Part shown: one piece after another, positions 26,911-37,400 of the stretch
How the letters are laid out: each line of letters begins with the position of its first letter
How positions within the stretch are numbered: the stretch's first letter is position 1
NCBI GenBank assembly: GCA_944380415.1
Contig: CALWHN010000003.1
Coordinates: forward strand, 1 to 53,988
Direction: 5' to 3'
Source: an uncultured Clostridia bacterium
GTDB taxonomy: Bacteria; Bacillota; Clostridia; Christensenellales; UBA1242
Length of the DNA: 53,988 nt
The notes under the pieces: generated by a model
Databases searched by the model: none
What the model was told of the DNA's origin: nothing
What the model saw: the letters and a program-made list of their open reading frames with translations, nothing else
Position numbers and translations under genes: made by a program

Positions 26911-28878
26911 TTATTTTAAAATCTTTAAAATCTCTTTTTTAATATTGGAAACAGAGAACCCATATTTTTTATAAACTTCCGTTCCGCGCCCGCTCTTTCC
27001 AAATTTGGTAACATTAATAAGCTTTCCCTTTTCTCCAATATATTTATACCAAATTGGGTCGGACGAAGCTTCAATTGCAATTCTTGCTTTAACATCTTTG
27101 AACAAGACGGAGTTTTTATATTGTTCGCTTTGTCTTTCGAATTCTTCCAAACAAGGGAAGGAAACTACGGCAACTTTAACGCCGCTTTTATTCATTTCTC
27201 GCTTAACGCTCATTGCAAGTTCAACTTCGCTTCCCGTTGCATATAAAACTAAATTAACCTTCCCGGGGTCTTTTTCAAGGACATATCCTCCTCGGCTTGC
27301 CTGTTCAATTGTTCCTTTTTGTTCATACAAATCTTGCTTTGAAAGAACAAAACATGTTGGAGATTCAGTGTTTAAAGCCAAATTATATGAGGCAATAAGC
27401 TCACTAACATCGCACGGCCTACAGACATTTACATTCGGAATTTGCCTAATTGTTCCAAGTTGTTCAACTGGCTGGTGGGTTTCGCCGTCTTCTCCAACTA
27501 GCAGTGAATCATGGGTAAAGAAATACAAAACCGGTTGATTCATAAGCGCGCTCATTCTAAGCGCTGGAAGAAGATAATTTGAAAAAACAAAGAAAGTTGA
27601 AACAAAAGGCCTAAGCCCCGCATAAAGAGAAATTCCGTTTGCAATTGCCGCCATGGCGTGCTCTCTAATTCCAAAGGCAATGTTTCGCCCGCGCCTATTT
27701 TCTGGGCTATAAATTCCCCCATCTTCAATAAAGGCTTTTGTTGACGCTGCAACATCGGCAGCCCCGCCAACAAAATTTGGATATCTTTCCGCAATCAGAT
27801 TTAAAATTCTAAAGTTTGCCTCTCTTCCGCTAATCTTTTTCTCTTTAATCTTGTTCCCAACAATTTTTTCAACGTCAATTGGCTTTTTATCCAAAAATTG
27901 AGAAAGTTGTTTGTATAATTCAGGGTTTGTCTTTGAATATAGGTTGACTTTTCTTCTCCACTCCATCTCAATTTCAAAGTTCTTGTCCGTTGTTATTTTA
28001 CAAAATTCCTTGAGATCATCTGGAACGACAAACGGTTCGCTTGTAATTTGAAGAGATTTCTTATAGACCTCAAGCTCTTCTTGGCTCAGCGGCCTTCCGT
28101 GGATTGCCGGCTTTCCAGCATATGGAGTTCCAAAGCCAATTACAGTGTCAAAGATTATAATAGTTGGTTTTGTTGCGCTTTGCTTTGCATGGGAAATTGC
28201 CCGCGTAACTGCACGATAGTTGTTTCCGTTTGGGCAGTGAATAACATTCCAGCCTTGCGCCTCGAATTTGGCTGCAACATTTTCAGTGTTGGAAATATTT
28301 AAATCTCCGTCAATTGTAATTGAATTTCTGTCGTAAAGCAAAATTAGATCTTTTAATTTTAGCGTTCCAGCAAGGCTGATTGCCTCAAGCGCAACGCCTT
28401 CCATTAAACATCCGTCGCCCGCAAGCACATATGTTTTATTTGAAAAAATTGGGTCGTCTAAAACATTAAATCGTTCAGCAAGCAAGCTTTGAGCAATTGC
28501 AAGGCCAACGGCGTTTGCAACCCCTTGGCCAAGCGGGCCTGTTGAAACCTCAACTGCTGGTGTTTCTCCAAAATGTGGATGCCCAGGGGTTATGCTTCCA
28601 TATTTTCGATAGTTCTTTAAATCTTCAGAGCTGATTGGAAAACCAAACATGTGTTCAATTGTGTAGAGAAGAGGGCAAAGATGGCCAGCAGAGAGAACAA
28701 AACGATCTCTGTTTAAAAACTCTCTATCTGAAGACGAAAAAATTAAATGATCTTTGAAAAGCGCAAACAAAATTGTTGCTGCTCCAACAGAAGAGCCAGT
28801 GTGGCCAGAATTTGCATTCGTGATTGTTTCGGCCGTTATTGCCCTTGCAACATTAATACATTTTTGTTCAATTTTCAT
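26911..28878 (-). CDS. tkt: Transketolase
   Basis: NSGH.G, RDRFVLSAGH, TGPLGQG, GDGCLMEG, FGIREHAM, THDS..VGEDG.THQP. Confidence 0.97.
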   Translation of the reverse strand: MKIEQKCINVARAITAETITNANSGHTGSSVGAATILFALFKDHLIFSSSDREFLNRDRFVLSAGHLCPLLYTIEHMFGFPISSEDLKNYRKYGSITPGHPHFGETPAVEVSTGPLGQGVANAVGLAIAQSLLAERFNVLDDPIFSNKTYVLAGDGCLMEGVALEAISLAGTLKLKDLILLYDRNSITIDGDLNISNTENVAAKFEAQGWNVIHCPNGNNYRAVTRAISHAKQSATKPTIIIFDTVIGFGTPYAGKPAIHGRPLSQEELEVYKKSLQITSEPFVVPDDLKEFCKITTDKNFEIEMEWRRKVNLYSKTNPELYKQLSQFLDKKPIDVEKIVGNKIKEKKISGREANFRILNLIAERYPNFVGGAADVAASTKAFIEDGGIYSPENRRGRNIAFGIREHAMAAIANGISLYAGLRPFVSTFFVFSNYLLPALRMSALMNQPVLYFFTHDSLLVGEDGETHQPVEQLGTIRQIPNVNVCRPCDVSELIASYNLALNTESPTCFVLSKQDLYEQKGTIEQASRGGYVLEKDPGKVNLVLYATGSEVELAMSVKREMNKSGVKVAVVSFPCLEEFERQSEQYKNSVLFKDVKARIAIEASSDPIWYKYIGEKGKLINVTKFGKSGRGTEVYKKYGFSVSNIKKEILKILK

Positions 28879-29381
28879 TCTTTCTCCAAAATTTGATCTT
28901 CCAAGTTCTCAATCAAACTATCTAATTTAGATATATCATATTTTACAATTAAATTGCAATTTTTTTTAAGGAAATTATCCCTTTGATTAAAAACAAGCCT
29001 TGATATTTCATAATTATGCAAGTTTTCTGTTTCAATTCCTGAATTTAACAATTCTTCAACTCTTTTGTTAAACTGGCCTTCCGTTTGCCTTAGATAAATA
29101 ATTGTGTTGCTTGAAGAAATTGCATCAAAATTGTTTGAAAAAGTTTCATAGGACATTGAAAGGACGGTTCTTTCAAAGGTGTTCAAGCCAAAAACAACCT
29201 TTCGCTCTTCTTCTTTCATATAGTTAATTCCACAAACCTTTTCCATTTTTGCTTTGTCGAAAAGAGAATAGGAAATCATCTCCTCCGAGTTCAAATAAAA
29301 AAATTCCAGCCTTTGGGCAAGCAAAAGGCCAATTTTTTTTAAGTCTTCTTCAATTAAGCCAACTAAAAGAACATTGTTCAT
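28875..29381 (-). CDS. Shikimate-kinase-like protein with degenerate P-loop
   Basis: NVLLVGL.....IG..LA.RL...Y...EEMI, G..Y....E, IIYL and R..F..K.C.LIV follow the AroK layout. Confidence 0.6.
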   Translation of the reverse strand: MNNVLLVGLIEEDLKKIGLLLAQRLEFFYLNSEEMISYSLFDKAKMEKVCGINYMKEEERKVVFGLNTFERTVLSMSYETFSNNFDAISSSNTIIYLRQTEGQFNKRVEELLNSGIETENLHNYEISRLVFNQRDNFLKKNCNLIVKYDISKLDSLIENLEDQILEKE

Positions 29382-29495
29382 ATTCTAAACCTTTGCTATA
29401 GTTTAGCATAAAATTAATTTTTTAAAAAAAGAATTTTATTTTTTTTCAAAAAGAAGTTAACGAAAAATAAACGGGCTATGCCCGTTTATTATTCC

Positions 29496-30185
29496 CTAAT
29501 CTAAGCTTCTTAAAAAAGAATTTTTAACATATTTTTTTGCAATTTCAAGCGCGCGAAAGAAATCTTCTCTTTTATGAGGAATTGTTATATATGGCTTATC
29601 CAAAAATTCTGGCGGATTATATTTTTGAATTGCATATGCTTTTGCGCCGCAAATCAATTTTCCAATTTCCTCAATGTCCAAAAGCGAAACATCAGGTGCG
29701 AAAGTCGTTCTAAACTCATAATCAATGTTGGAATTTTTTAAAAGGTCAATTGTTTTGACAATCTTTTCAAAGTCAACTTCTCTTCCAACAAGTTTGTTGT
29801 AATTCTCCTTTGAAGTTTTAACATCCATCGCAACGAAATCTAACAAATTATCTTTCAATAATTTTTCCACAACGTCCGGATTTGTTCCATTTGTGTCCAA
29901 TTTGACTTTAAATCCCAATTCTTTAACTTTTCTTATGAAGCTTTCAAGTTCAGCGTTAAGCGTTGGCTCTCCCCCAGAGATGACAAGCCCATCTATAAAC
30001 CCTTTTCTCTTAGCAAGAAAATTTAAAACTGCTTCCTCAGAAATAACTTCGCTTGATTTGTCTTCAATAATTCTTCTGTTATGGCAATACCAACAATTAA
30101 AGTTGCAGCCAAAGGTAAAGACAACTGCGCTGATATAATTTGGATAGTCAACAAAGGAATTTTTTATAAATCCAGAAAATTTCAA
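29496..30185 (-). CDS. nrdG: Anaerobic ribonucleotide reductase activating protein
   Basis: GCNFNCWYCHN radical SAM motif, ISGGEPT, KLDTNG, YEFRTT; downstream of nrdD. Confidence 0.93.
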   Translation of the reverse strand: MKFSGFIKNSFVDYPNYISAVVFTFGCNFNCWYCHNRRIIEDKSSEVISEEAVLNFLAKRKGFIDGLVISGGEPTLNAELESFIRKVKELGFKVKLDTNGTNPDVVEKLLKDNLLDFVAMDVKTSKENYNKLVGREVDFEKIVKTIDLLKNSNIDYEFRTTFAPDVSLLDIEEIGKLICGAKAYAIQKYNPPEFLDKPYITIPHKREDFFRALEIAKKYVKNSFLRSLD

Positions 30186-30195
30186 TCTCTTCTCC

Positions 30196-32295
30196 TTAAA
30201 CTATTTGATCCTCTTTAATGACAAATTTCTTTCTGAGGTCATATTCCTCTCGTTTAGAGTCGTTAAAGTCTTGAACCATTCTCAAATATCCAACAACTCT
30301 GCTCCAAACTTCTGTTTTTTCGCCACATTCAGGACATTCAAAATGCTCGCCCGCAATGTAGCCGTGGTTTTGACAAATGCTGAAAGTTGGAGTTATTGAA
30401 ATGTAAGGCATTTTGTTGTTATTAAATATCTTTTGAATAAGTTTTTTAGCAATTTCTTTATCTTCAATTTTCTCGCCCAAATACAGGTGAAGAACTGTTC
30501 CGCCGGTGTAAAGCGATTGCAATTCATCTTGAAGTCTGACAACTTCAAAGATATCATCGGTAAATTCAACAGGAATCTGAGTTGAATTGGTGTAGCATGG
30601 CTCTTTTTGGCCTGCTGTTATGATGTTCGGGAAACGCTTTTTATCAATTCTTGCAAGCCTTGCGCTTGTTCCTTCCGCTGGAGTTGCTTCTAGGTTATAG
30701 CTGTTTCCTGTTTCCTTTTGATATTCAACCATTTTCTCTCTTAGGTGGTTCATAACCCTAATTGCAAATTCTTGGCCTTTTTCTGTTGTTATGTTTTCAT
30801 CTTTTCCGAACAAGTTCATAATTGCTTCGTTCATTCCAACAATTCCAATTGTGTTGAAGTGGTTCGCCCAATATGAACCAGAGCGCTTTTTAACATCTCT
30901 TAAATAGAACTTGCAATATGGATACAATCCGTCTTCCGTTTGTTTTTCTATAATTTTTCTCTTTATTTCTAGCGAAACTTTTGCTGCATCCGCAAGTTTA
31001 TCTAGCCTTTGCATAAACTCTTCTTCGTTTGAAGAAAGATAGCCAAGTCTTGGAAGGTTTATTGTTACAACGCCAATTGAACCAGTTAGTGGGTTTGAGC
31101 CAAAAAGTCCACCGCCACGCTTTTTAAGTTCACTGACATCAAGCCTCAGCCTGCAACACATTGAAACTGCGTCTTCTGGCGAAAGGTCGCTTGTTACATA
31201 GTTTGCAAAGTATGGAATTCCATATTTGCATGTCATGTCCATAATTTTGTCAACAACTTCGCTGTTCCAATCCAAGTTCTTTGTAACGTTGATTGTTGGA
31301 ATTGGGAAAGTGAAAACTCTTCCCTTGCTGTCGCCTTCAAGCATGACGTCACAGAGCGCCTTATTGAACAAATCCATTTCCTCTTGATAGTCGCCATAGG
31401 TTGTTTCCTGAGGAACTCCGCCGATTATAACTGGCTGGTCTTTTAAAGTTTTTGGAACTTTAATGTCAAGAGTAACGTTTGAAAACGGACATTGGAAACC
31501 AACTCTCGTTGGAACATTCATGTTGAAAACAAACTCTTGAATTGCTTGTTTAACTTGGCTGTATGATAGGTTGTCTGCACGAATAAATGGAGCGCTGTAA
31601 GTGTCAAAACTGCTCCATGCCTGAGCGCCAGCAGTTTCGCCCTGGGTTGTAAAAGTTGCATTGACAATTTGACCCAAGAACGAGCGAAGGTGTTTTGGAG
31701 GCGAAGAACTAACCTTTCCAGCAACGCCTGTAAAACCATCAACTAAAATTGCTCTCAAATCCCAACCAACGCAGTATGCGCCAAAGAATCCAAGGTCATG
31801 GATGTGAATTGCACCGCTAGTGTGAAGATCTCTTATGTAATCTGGATAGATTTCATTTAGCCAATAGCTTTTTGTAAAAGCTTCTCTAACATAGTTGTTA
31901 AGGCCAGCAATGCTTCTTTGCATGTTGGCGTTTTCCTTAACCGCCCAATCCTTCTCTGCTAAATAGTTGTCAAACATGTCAATTGTTGCGCCGATCAGCG
32001 CGTTTTGTTCCCTTGCTTGTTTCCTTTTTTCTCTGTAGAGAATGTAGGACTTTGCAACTTGGGCGTGGCGGTTTTCAATTAAAACTTTTTCAACGCAGTT
32101 TTGAATTTCTTCAACAGTTGGAATTTTGTTTCCAAACATCTGTTCAAGCTTTTCAGAAACTTCGCTTGCAAGTTTTTCTGCTGTTTCGCGGTCGTCCCCC
32201 CCGCAGGCTCTTGCCGCTTTGAAAATTGCATCTGCAATTTTCTTCTCGTCAAAGTTTTGAAATGTTCCGTCGCGCTTGTAAACTTGTGTTATCAT
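30196..32295 (-). CDS. nrdD: Anaerobic (class III) ribonucleoside-triphosphate reductase with ATP cone
   Basis: VYKRDG ATP cone, IHIHDL, SMCCRL, EATPAEG, CxxH..CxxC, SRVVGYL glycyl-radical motif; AAGGAG SD before ATG 32295. Confidence 0.97.
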   Translation of the reverse strand: MITQVYKRDGTFQNFDEKKIADAIFKAARACGGDDRETAEKLASEVSEKLEQMFGNKIPTVEEIQNCVEKVLIENRHAQVAKSYILYREKRKQAREQNALIGATIDMFDNYLAEKDWAVKENANMQRSIAGLNNYVREAFTKSYWLNEIYPDYIRDLHTSGAIHIHDLGFFGAYCVGWDLRAILVDGFTGVAGKVSSSPPKHLRSFLGQIVNATFTTQGETAGAQAWSSFDTYSAPFIRADNLSYSQVKQAIQEFVFNMNVPTRVGFQCPFSNVTLDIKVPKTLKDQPVIIGGVPQETTYGDYQEEMDLFNKALCDVMLEGDSKGRVFTFPIPTINVTKNLDWNSEVVDKIMDMTCKYGIPYFANYVTSDLSPEDAVSMCCRLRLDVSELKKRGGGLFGSNPLTGSIGVVTINLPRLGYLSSNEEEFMQRLDKLADAAKVSLEIKRKIIEKQTEDGLYPYCKFYLRDVKKRSGSYWANHFNTIGIVGMNEAIMNLFGKDENITTEKGQEFAIRVMNHLREKMVEYQKETGNSYNLEATPAEGTSARLARIDKKRFPNIITAGQKEPCYTNSTQIPVEFTDDIFEVVRLQDELQSLYTGGTVLHLYLGEKIEDKEIAKKLIQKIFNNNKMPYISITPTFSICQNHGYIAGEHFECPECGEKTEVWSRVVGYLRMVQDFNDSKREEYDLRKKFVIKEDQIV

Positions 32296-32322
32296 ATTTG
32301 CTCCTTTAATTTTTTTCTTCAC

Positions 32323-32381
32323 AACCTATATATAGTTTTTGTGGTTGCACATTTATGCTATCACAACACAATATCTTGTGT
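32323..32381. promoter_or_regulatory. Tandem NrdR boxes upstream of nrdD
   Basis: AACCTATATATAGTTT (32323-32338) and ACACAATATCTTGTGT (32366-32381). Confidence 0.85.
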
Positions 32382-32611
32382 CAACTTTTTGTCGCAATTT
32401 TTTTAAATAACTAAATTTTTTGTTTAAAAATGCCATAATTTTTGAAGGCAAAAAAACATAAATTTGGCTTAATCTTTCGGCTGTGTGGCAACATTTAATA
32501 ATTAAGAATTTTTAAGAAAATCATATATTTAAAAAATCAAAAATTGGTCACAATTTGTCAAAATTCGACACTCTTCGGCATATAAATACATGCAAGACGG
32601 AGCAACTTTTT

Positions 32612-33313
32612 ATGATTTTTGAAAATTTTATAACCTTTATAAATAAAATTTTGGTTTTTTCATCGTTTGTAAACACCGCCTCTGGTTTTCCAAAGCCGCT
32701 AACTCTTGAAGAGGAAAAGGAATATTTTAAAAGATTTAAAGAAGGAGACAAAGAGGCTAAAGATATTTTAATTAGCCACAATCTCCGCTTGGTTGCCCAC
32801 ATTGTAAAAAAATATTCAGGGGCCGGAGAGGCAGACGATCTAATCTCCGTTGGCTCAATTGGCCTTATTAAGGCCATAAACAGCTTTGAATATAGCAAGG
32901 GAACCCAACTTTCAACCTACGCAGCAAGATGCATTGAAAATGAAATTTTGATGCTAATAAGATTAAACAAAAAACATCGTCAAACAATGTCTCTTCAAGA
33001 AACGCTTGGCCAGGATAAAGAGGGAAACGACATTGAGCTTATGGATATAATTCCAGGAATTGAAGATGAAGTTGTCGAGCTTGTTGAAAGCAATATTCTA
33101 ACGGAAAAAATGGGAGAAATTATAAAAAACTCCCTTTCAGAAAGAGAGTATGAAATTATTAAATTAAGATATGGCCTTTTTGGAAACAAACCTCTAACCC
33201 AAAGAGAAGTTGCAAGCAGGCTTGGAATTTCTAGATCCTATATATCTCGCCTTGAAACAAAAGCTATGGAAACAATTAAGGAGGAGATAACTAAGAGAAA
33301 CTTGCTGGTTTAG
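32612..33313 (+). CDS. sigK: Sporulation sigma factor K (uninterrupted, with pro-sequence)
   Basis: FPKPL, HNLRLVAHIVKKY, DDLISVGSIGLIKAI, TYAARCIENEILM, TQREVA..LGISRSYISR. Confidence 0.92.
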   Translation: MIFENFITFINKILVFSSFVNTASGFPKPLTLEEEKEYFKRFKEGDKEAKDILISHNLRLVAHIVKKYSGAGEADDLISVGSIGLIKAINSFEYSKGTQLSTYAARCIENEILMLIRLNKKHRQTMSLQETLGQDKEGNDIELMDIIPGIEDEVVELVESNILTEKMGEIIKNSLSEREYEIIKLRYGLFGNKPLTQREVASRLGISRSYISRLETKAMETIKEEITKRNLLV

Positions 33314-33549
33314 TCCACAATTTGACCAAAGTCCTTAATTCTTGTTGCTGTTGCTTTAATTTCAAAGGTGACTCTTCCCCGCTCTGTTCTCATTAAAACT
33401 GTTATTTCATCGTCCAGTTCGGCATAGGAAGAAATTATGTCTGTTATTTCGCTTTTTAAAATGTTTAAAATTCGCGATGGGCTTTGATTTTTATCGCGAA
33501 CTAAAACGTTTATTAATCTGTCATTCCCAATTTCTGCAATTGTTTTCAT
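33310..33549 (-). CDS. minE: Cell division topological specificity factor MinE
   Basis: IG.DRL..VLVRDK, LKSEI..IIS.Y.E.D; translationally coupled to minD. Confidence 0.75.
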   Translation of the reverse strand: MKTIAEIGNDRLINVLVRDKNQSPSRILNILKSEITDIISSYAELDDEITVLMRTERGRVTFEIKATATRIKDFGQIVD

Positions 33550-34340
33550 TATATCTTCCTTTTAAGGTTTCGCCTAAAATTTCCAAACAGGCCGCGATAT
33601 TTCATTGTGTAATCATAGATTTTTTTTGTTCCTTCGTGAAGATTTTCACAAAGAATTGTAAACGCTCGCCCGCTGATGCTTGCCCCTGCAAGACCGCCAA
33701 CTGTTGAAAGTGCGGTTATATCATCATCTTCTGGAATGACGCCCAAAAGCGGCGTTTTAAGCGCCCTAACAATTTCGTCCGCCGAAAGCATTTCTCCACT
33801 TAGAACAAGGTCTCCTCTGATTCTGTTTACAACAATTGATTTGTGAATTAAATCATAGCCAGAAAGGATTGAAAGAACTTTGTCTGCATCTCTGACGCTT
33901 GAAATATGAGGGGTTACAACAACAATGGCCTCGCTGGCGCAGTAAACTGCCCTGTGGAAGCCCGCCTCAACGCCCGCCGGACAGTCAATTAATATGTAAT
34001 CAAAATTTCCGTCAAGCGCGGAAACAACTTCCTTAATCTTTTCTCCCGTAACATTGCTTGTGCTGTAACTGTGAGCGGAAGGCATGACATAAAGCGATTG
34101 AATTCGCCTGTCTTGAACAAGCGCCTGTTTGGGACGACATCTCCCCTCAATTACGTCGACAATATCAAACATAACGCGCTTTTCAATTCCCATAACAACA
34201 TCTAAGTTGTTAAGGCCAATGTCAACGTCCATCAGACAAACTCTAAAACCAAGCGTGGCAAGCCGCGCGCCAAGATTGGCACAAATTGTTGTTTTTCCAA
34301 CGCCACCCTTGCCGCTTGTTATAACAATTTTTCTAGCCAT
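33549..34340 (-). CDS. minD: Septum site-determining protein MinD
   Basis: ITSGKGGVGKTT, D.DIGL.NLD..MG.E.R, IDCPAG.E.GF, SSVRDAD, C-terminal amphipathic helix. Confidence 0.96.
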   Translation of the reverse strand: MARKIVITSGKGGVGKTTICANLGARLATLGFRVCLMDVDIGLNNLDVVMGIEKRVMFDIVDVIEGRCRPKQALVQDRRIQSLYVMPSAHSYSTSNVTGEKIKEVVSALDGNFDYILIDCPAGVEAGFHRAVYCASEAIVVVTPHISSVRDADKVLSILSGYDLIHKSIVVNRIRGDLVLSGEMLSADEIVRALKTPLLGVIPEDDDITALSTVGGLAGASISGRAFTILCENLHEGTKKIYDYTMKYRGLFGNFRRNLKRKI

Positions 34341-34422
34341 ATTAAAATTTTATTTAATGCATTAGATAACGCAAAAGCCTTTTGTGGCGAAATATGGCTT
34401 TTTTTAAATATTTTTATAAAGT

Positions 34423-37400
34423 TTAGTTATTTCTTTGAGAGAGAAGCTTTAGGAAATTTCTCCTTGCAATTGCCTCTTGTTTAGCCTTTTCAAAAAGCTC
34501 TTTAGAAAGCTCTGGATTTGCCTTTGCAAGAGAGGAAAACCTCGTTTCGCCAGAGATGAATTCTTCATAGGAAATTGTTGGCTCGCCGCTGTCTAGCAAA
34601 AGCGTGTTTGTTTTTGGGTTATATCTAAAAAGCTCCCAATATCCGCTTTCAACTGCTCGCCTCATCTCCGTGAACGTCTTTTCCAAATTTATTCCGTGGT
34701 TGACGCAGGGCGCATAGGCAATTATAATGCTTGGCCCGTCAAATTCCTCTGCCTCCTTAAAGGCCTTGATTGCCTGTTCATAATTTGCTCCAAGAGAAAT
34801 TTTTGCAACATATGCATTGTTGCTCATAATTGCAATTGCGCCAAGATCTTTCTTTGCCGTTTTCTTTCCGCCCGAAGCAAACTTTGCAACTGCGCCACTT
34901 GGCGTTGATTTTGAGGACTGACCGCCCGTGTTTGAATAAACTTCTGTATCCAAAACCAAAATGTTAACATTTTCATTGCTGTGAAGAACATGATCCAGCC
35001 CGCCATAGCCGATGTCATAGGCCCAGCCATCGCCCCCAATTATCCAAACATTGCTCTTTTCCTTCCCTTCTTCAACAACATTTCGGCCGAGTTTAATTCC
35101 ATAGCCAAACTCCGCATTGTCTTCAAACAAACTGTTTGCCCAAGCAGGCCCATTTCCATTTTCGTCCTTTGAATATGGGCAAGATGGAAAGGAGCCGCCA
35201 TAGATACTTGAACAACCTGTTGCGTTTGCAATGATTATATTTTCTCCATAAAGCTGACTTAAGAGTTTTATATATGGAGTTTCGCCGCAACCGCCACAAG
35301 CTCCGCTAAACTCAAAATATGGCCTGTAAAATTGAAGACCTTTGGTTGAAAATTTATTAAAAGGCGAAGTTGTTTGTTTCAAAGTTTTGCTGTAGTTGTA
35401 ATTTTCAATCTCATTCGACAAGTCCGGAGCAACTTCCATTTTAAGCGCCTTGTCCTTTGCAATGCAAACATTTGCGCAAACTCCGCAACCAGTGCAATCC
35501 AATGGACTTACCTGAATTCGATATTTTGCACCCTTAACTCCAATTGCGTCCTTTGTTATAAACCCCTCTGGCGCATCTTTAATTTCGTTTTCGTCAACCA
35601 AAACTGCCCTAATTGCAGCGTGAGGGCACGCCATAACGCAACGTCCACATTGAACGCAAAGATCGCTGTTCCAATTTGGACACCTAAGCGCAATTCCTCT
35701 CTTTTCAAATTGTGATGTACCTGTTGGAACGCGGCCATCTGGCGCAAAGGCCGAAACTTTTAAATTGTTTCCCTCTCTAAGCGAAATTGGCTTCATAACT
35801 TCATTTGCAAATTTAATCTCATTTTCACAGCCAATGCAATTTACACAATCGCTGTTGCAGCCGTCAGAGCCAAAATTTTTGGGCTCATCTTCAAAGGTTT
35901 TTTCTGAAAGGAGAGAAAGCGGAACAAATTCAAGCCTATCAAAAGATAAAACTGCCCCCTCATTGGCCTTGACAATGCTTTCGCCCTTTCTCATGTATGT
36001 TTTTCTTGCAGCTTCAATCATCTGATTCTTCGCGCTTTCAAAGTCAATAATATTTGAAACTTTGAAGAATGCAGATTGCATAATTGTGTTAATTTTGTTT
36101 CCAAGCCCAACCTCGCTTGCAATGTTTTGGGCGTCAATTATATAAAGTTTTGCGTTTTTCTTGATCAAATCTTGCTTAAAGAAAATTGGAAGCTTTTTGT
36201 CCAGTTCCTCCGGCTTTAAAACCGTGTTTAAAAGAACAACTCCGTTTTGTTTCAAATGTTTTAAAATATTAAATCTTGAAATGAAACTATAATTGTGGAT
36301 CGCAATGAAATCCGCCCTTTCAATTTCATATGGCATCAAAATTTCCCTATCTGAAATTCTCAAATGAGAAACTGTTAAACTTCCGGATTTTTTAGAGTCA
36401 TATTCAAAATAGCCCTGAACAAATTTGTCCGTGCTGTTACCAATAATTTTAATGCTGTTTTTATTTGCGCTGATTGTTCCGTCTGAGCCAAGCCCAAAGA
36501 ACATCATTTGATAGCAATCTTTTTCAATTGTTGAATTGATTAAATCTGCCAACTTTGAATTGAGATTGAGCGAAGTGTTGGTAACGTCATCTTCTATTCC
36601 AACCGTGAAAGAGTTTTTTTGCTCTCTGGCCAAATTTTCAAATACGGCAATTGCGCAAGAAGGCGTAAACTCCTTGCTTCCAAGGCCATATCTTCCGCCA
36701 ACAACCTTAATTTCCCTTCCAACTTTGTTCAGTGCTGTGCAAACATCAACATACAAAGGCTCTCCAACTGAGCCAGATTCCTTTGTTCTATCTAAAACAC
36801 AAATTCTTTTGGTGGTTTTTGGAAGGCAAGCGACAAATGCCTGGCTGTTAAAAGGCCTGTATAATCTAACATTTAAAACGCCAATTTTTCCAAGTGAAGA
36901 GAATTTTTCCCTGTTTTTCTGAATTTTAGATATAACATCTTTAATTGTTTGGCTTGCGCTGCCCATTACAACAACAACGTTTTCAGCGTCGCTGTCTCCA
37001 TAATATTCAAAAGGACGATAGCTCCTTTTAATTTCCTTCTCAACGTCCAACATCGTTTGATTGATAATTTCATACGCATTGTCATAAAAGCTGTTGGAAG
37101 CCTCTCTATTTTGGAAGAAAACGTCCGGGTTTTGCGCCGTTCCAGATTGATGGGGATTCTTTGGAGAAAGCGCCCTGTTTCTAAACTTTTCAATTTCTTC
37201 CTTTGGAAGAAGCTTAAAAAGCGTTTGGTCTGAAATGTCCTCAATTTTTTGAATTTCATGAGAAGTTCTAAATCCATCAAAAAAATGTATGAACGGGAGG
37301 CTTGTTCTAAGCGAAGCAATGTGGGCGATAAGCGCACAATCTTGGGCCTCTTGAACACTTGAGGAAGCAAGCATCAAAAATCCAGTTGAACGTGCCGCCA

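Noticed and set aside
27005-27538. Long antisense ORFs such as 27005-27538, 32548-32898, 43910-44317 and 49559-49924
   Set aside because: They are shadows on the opposite strand of well-supported genes, with no independent evidence
32612-33313. skin-like element interrupting sigK
   Set aside because: sigK is continuous from pro-sequence to region 4
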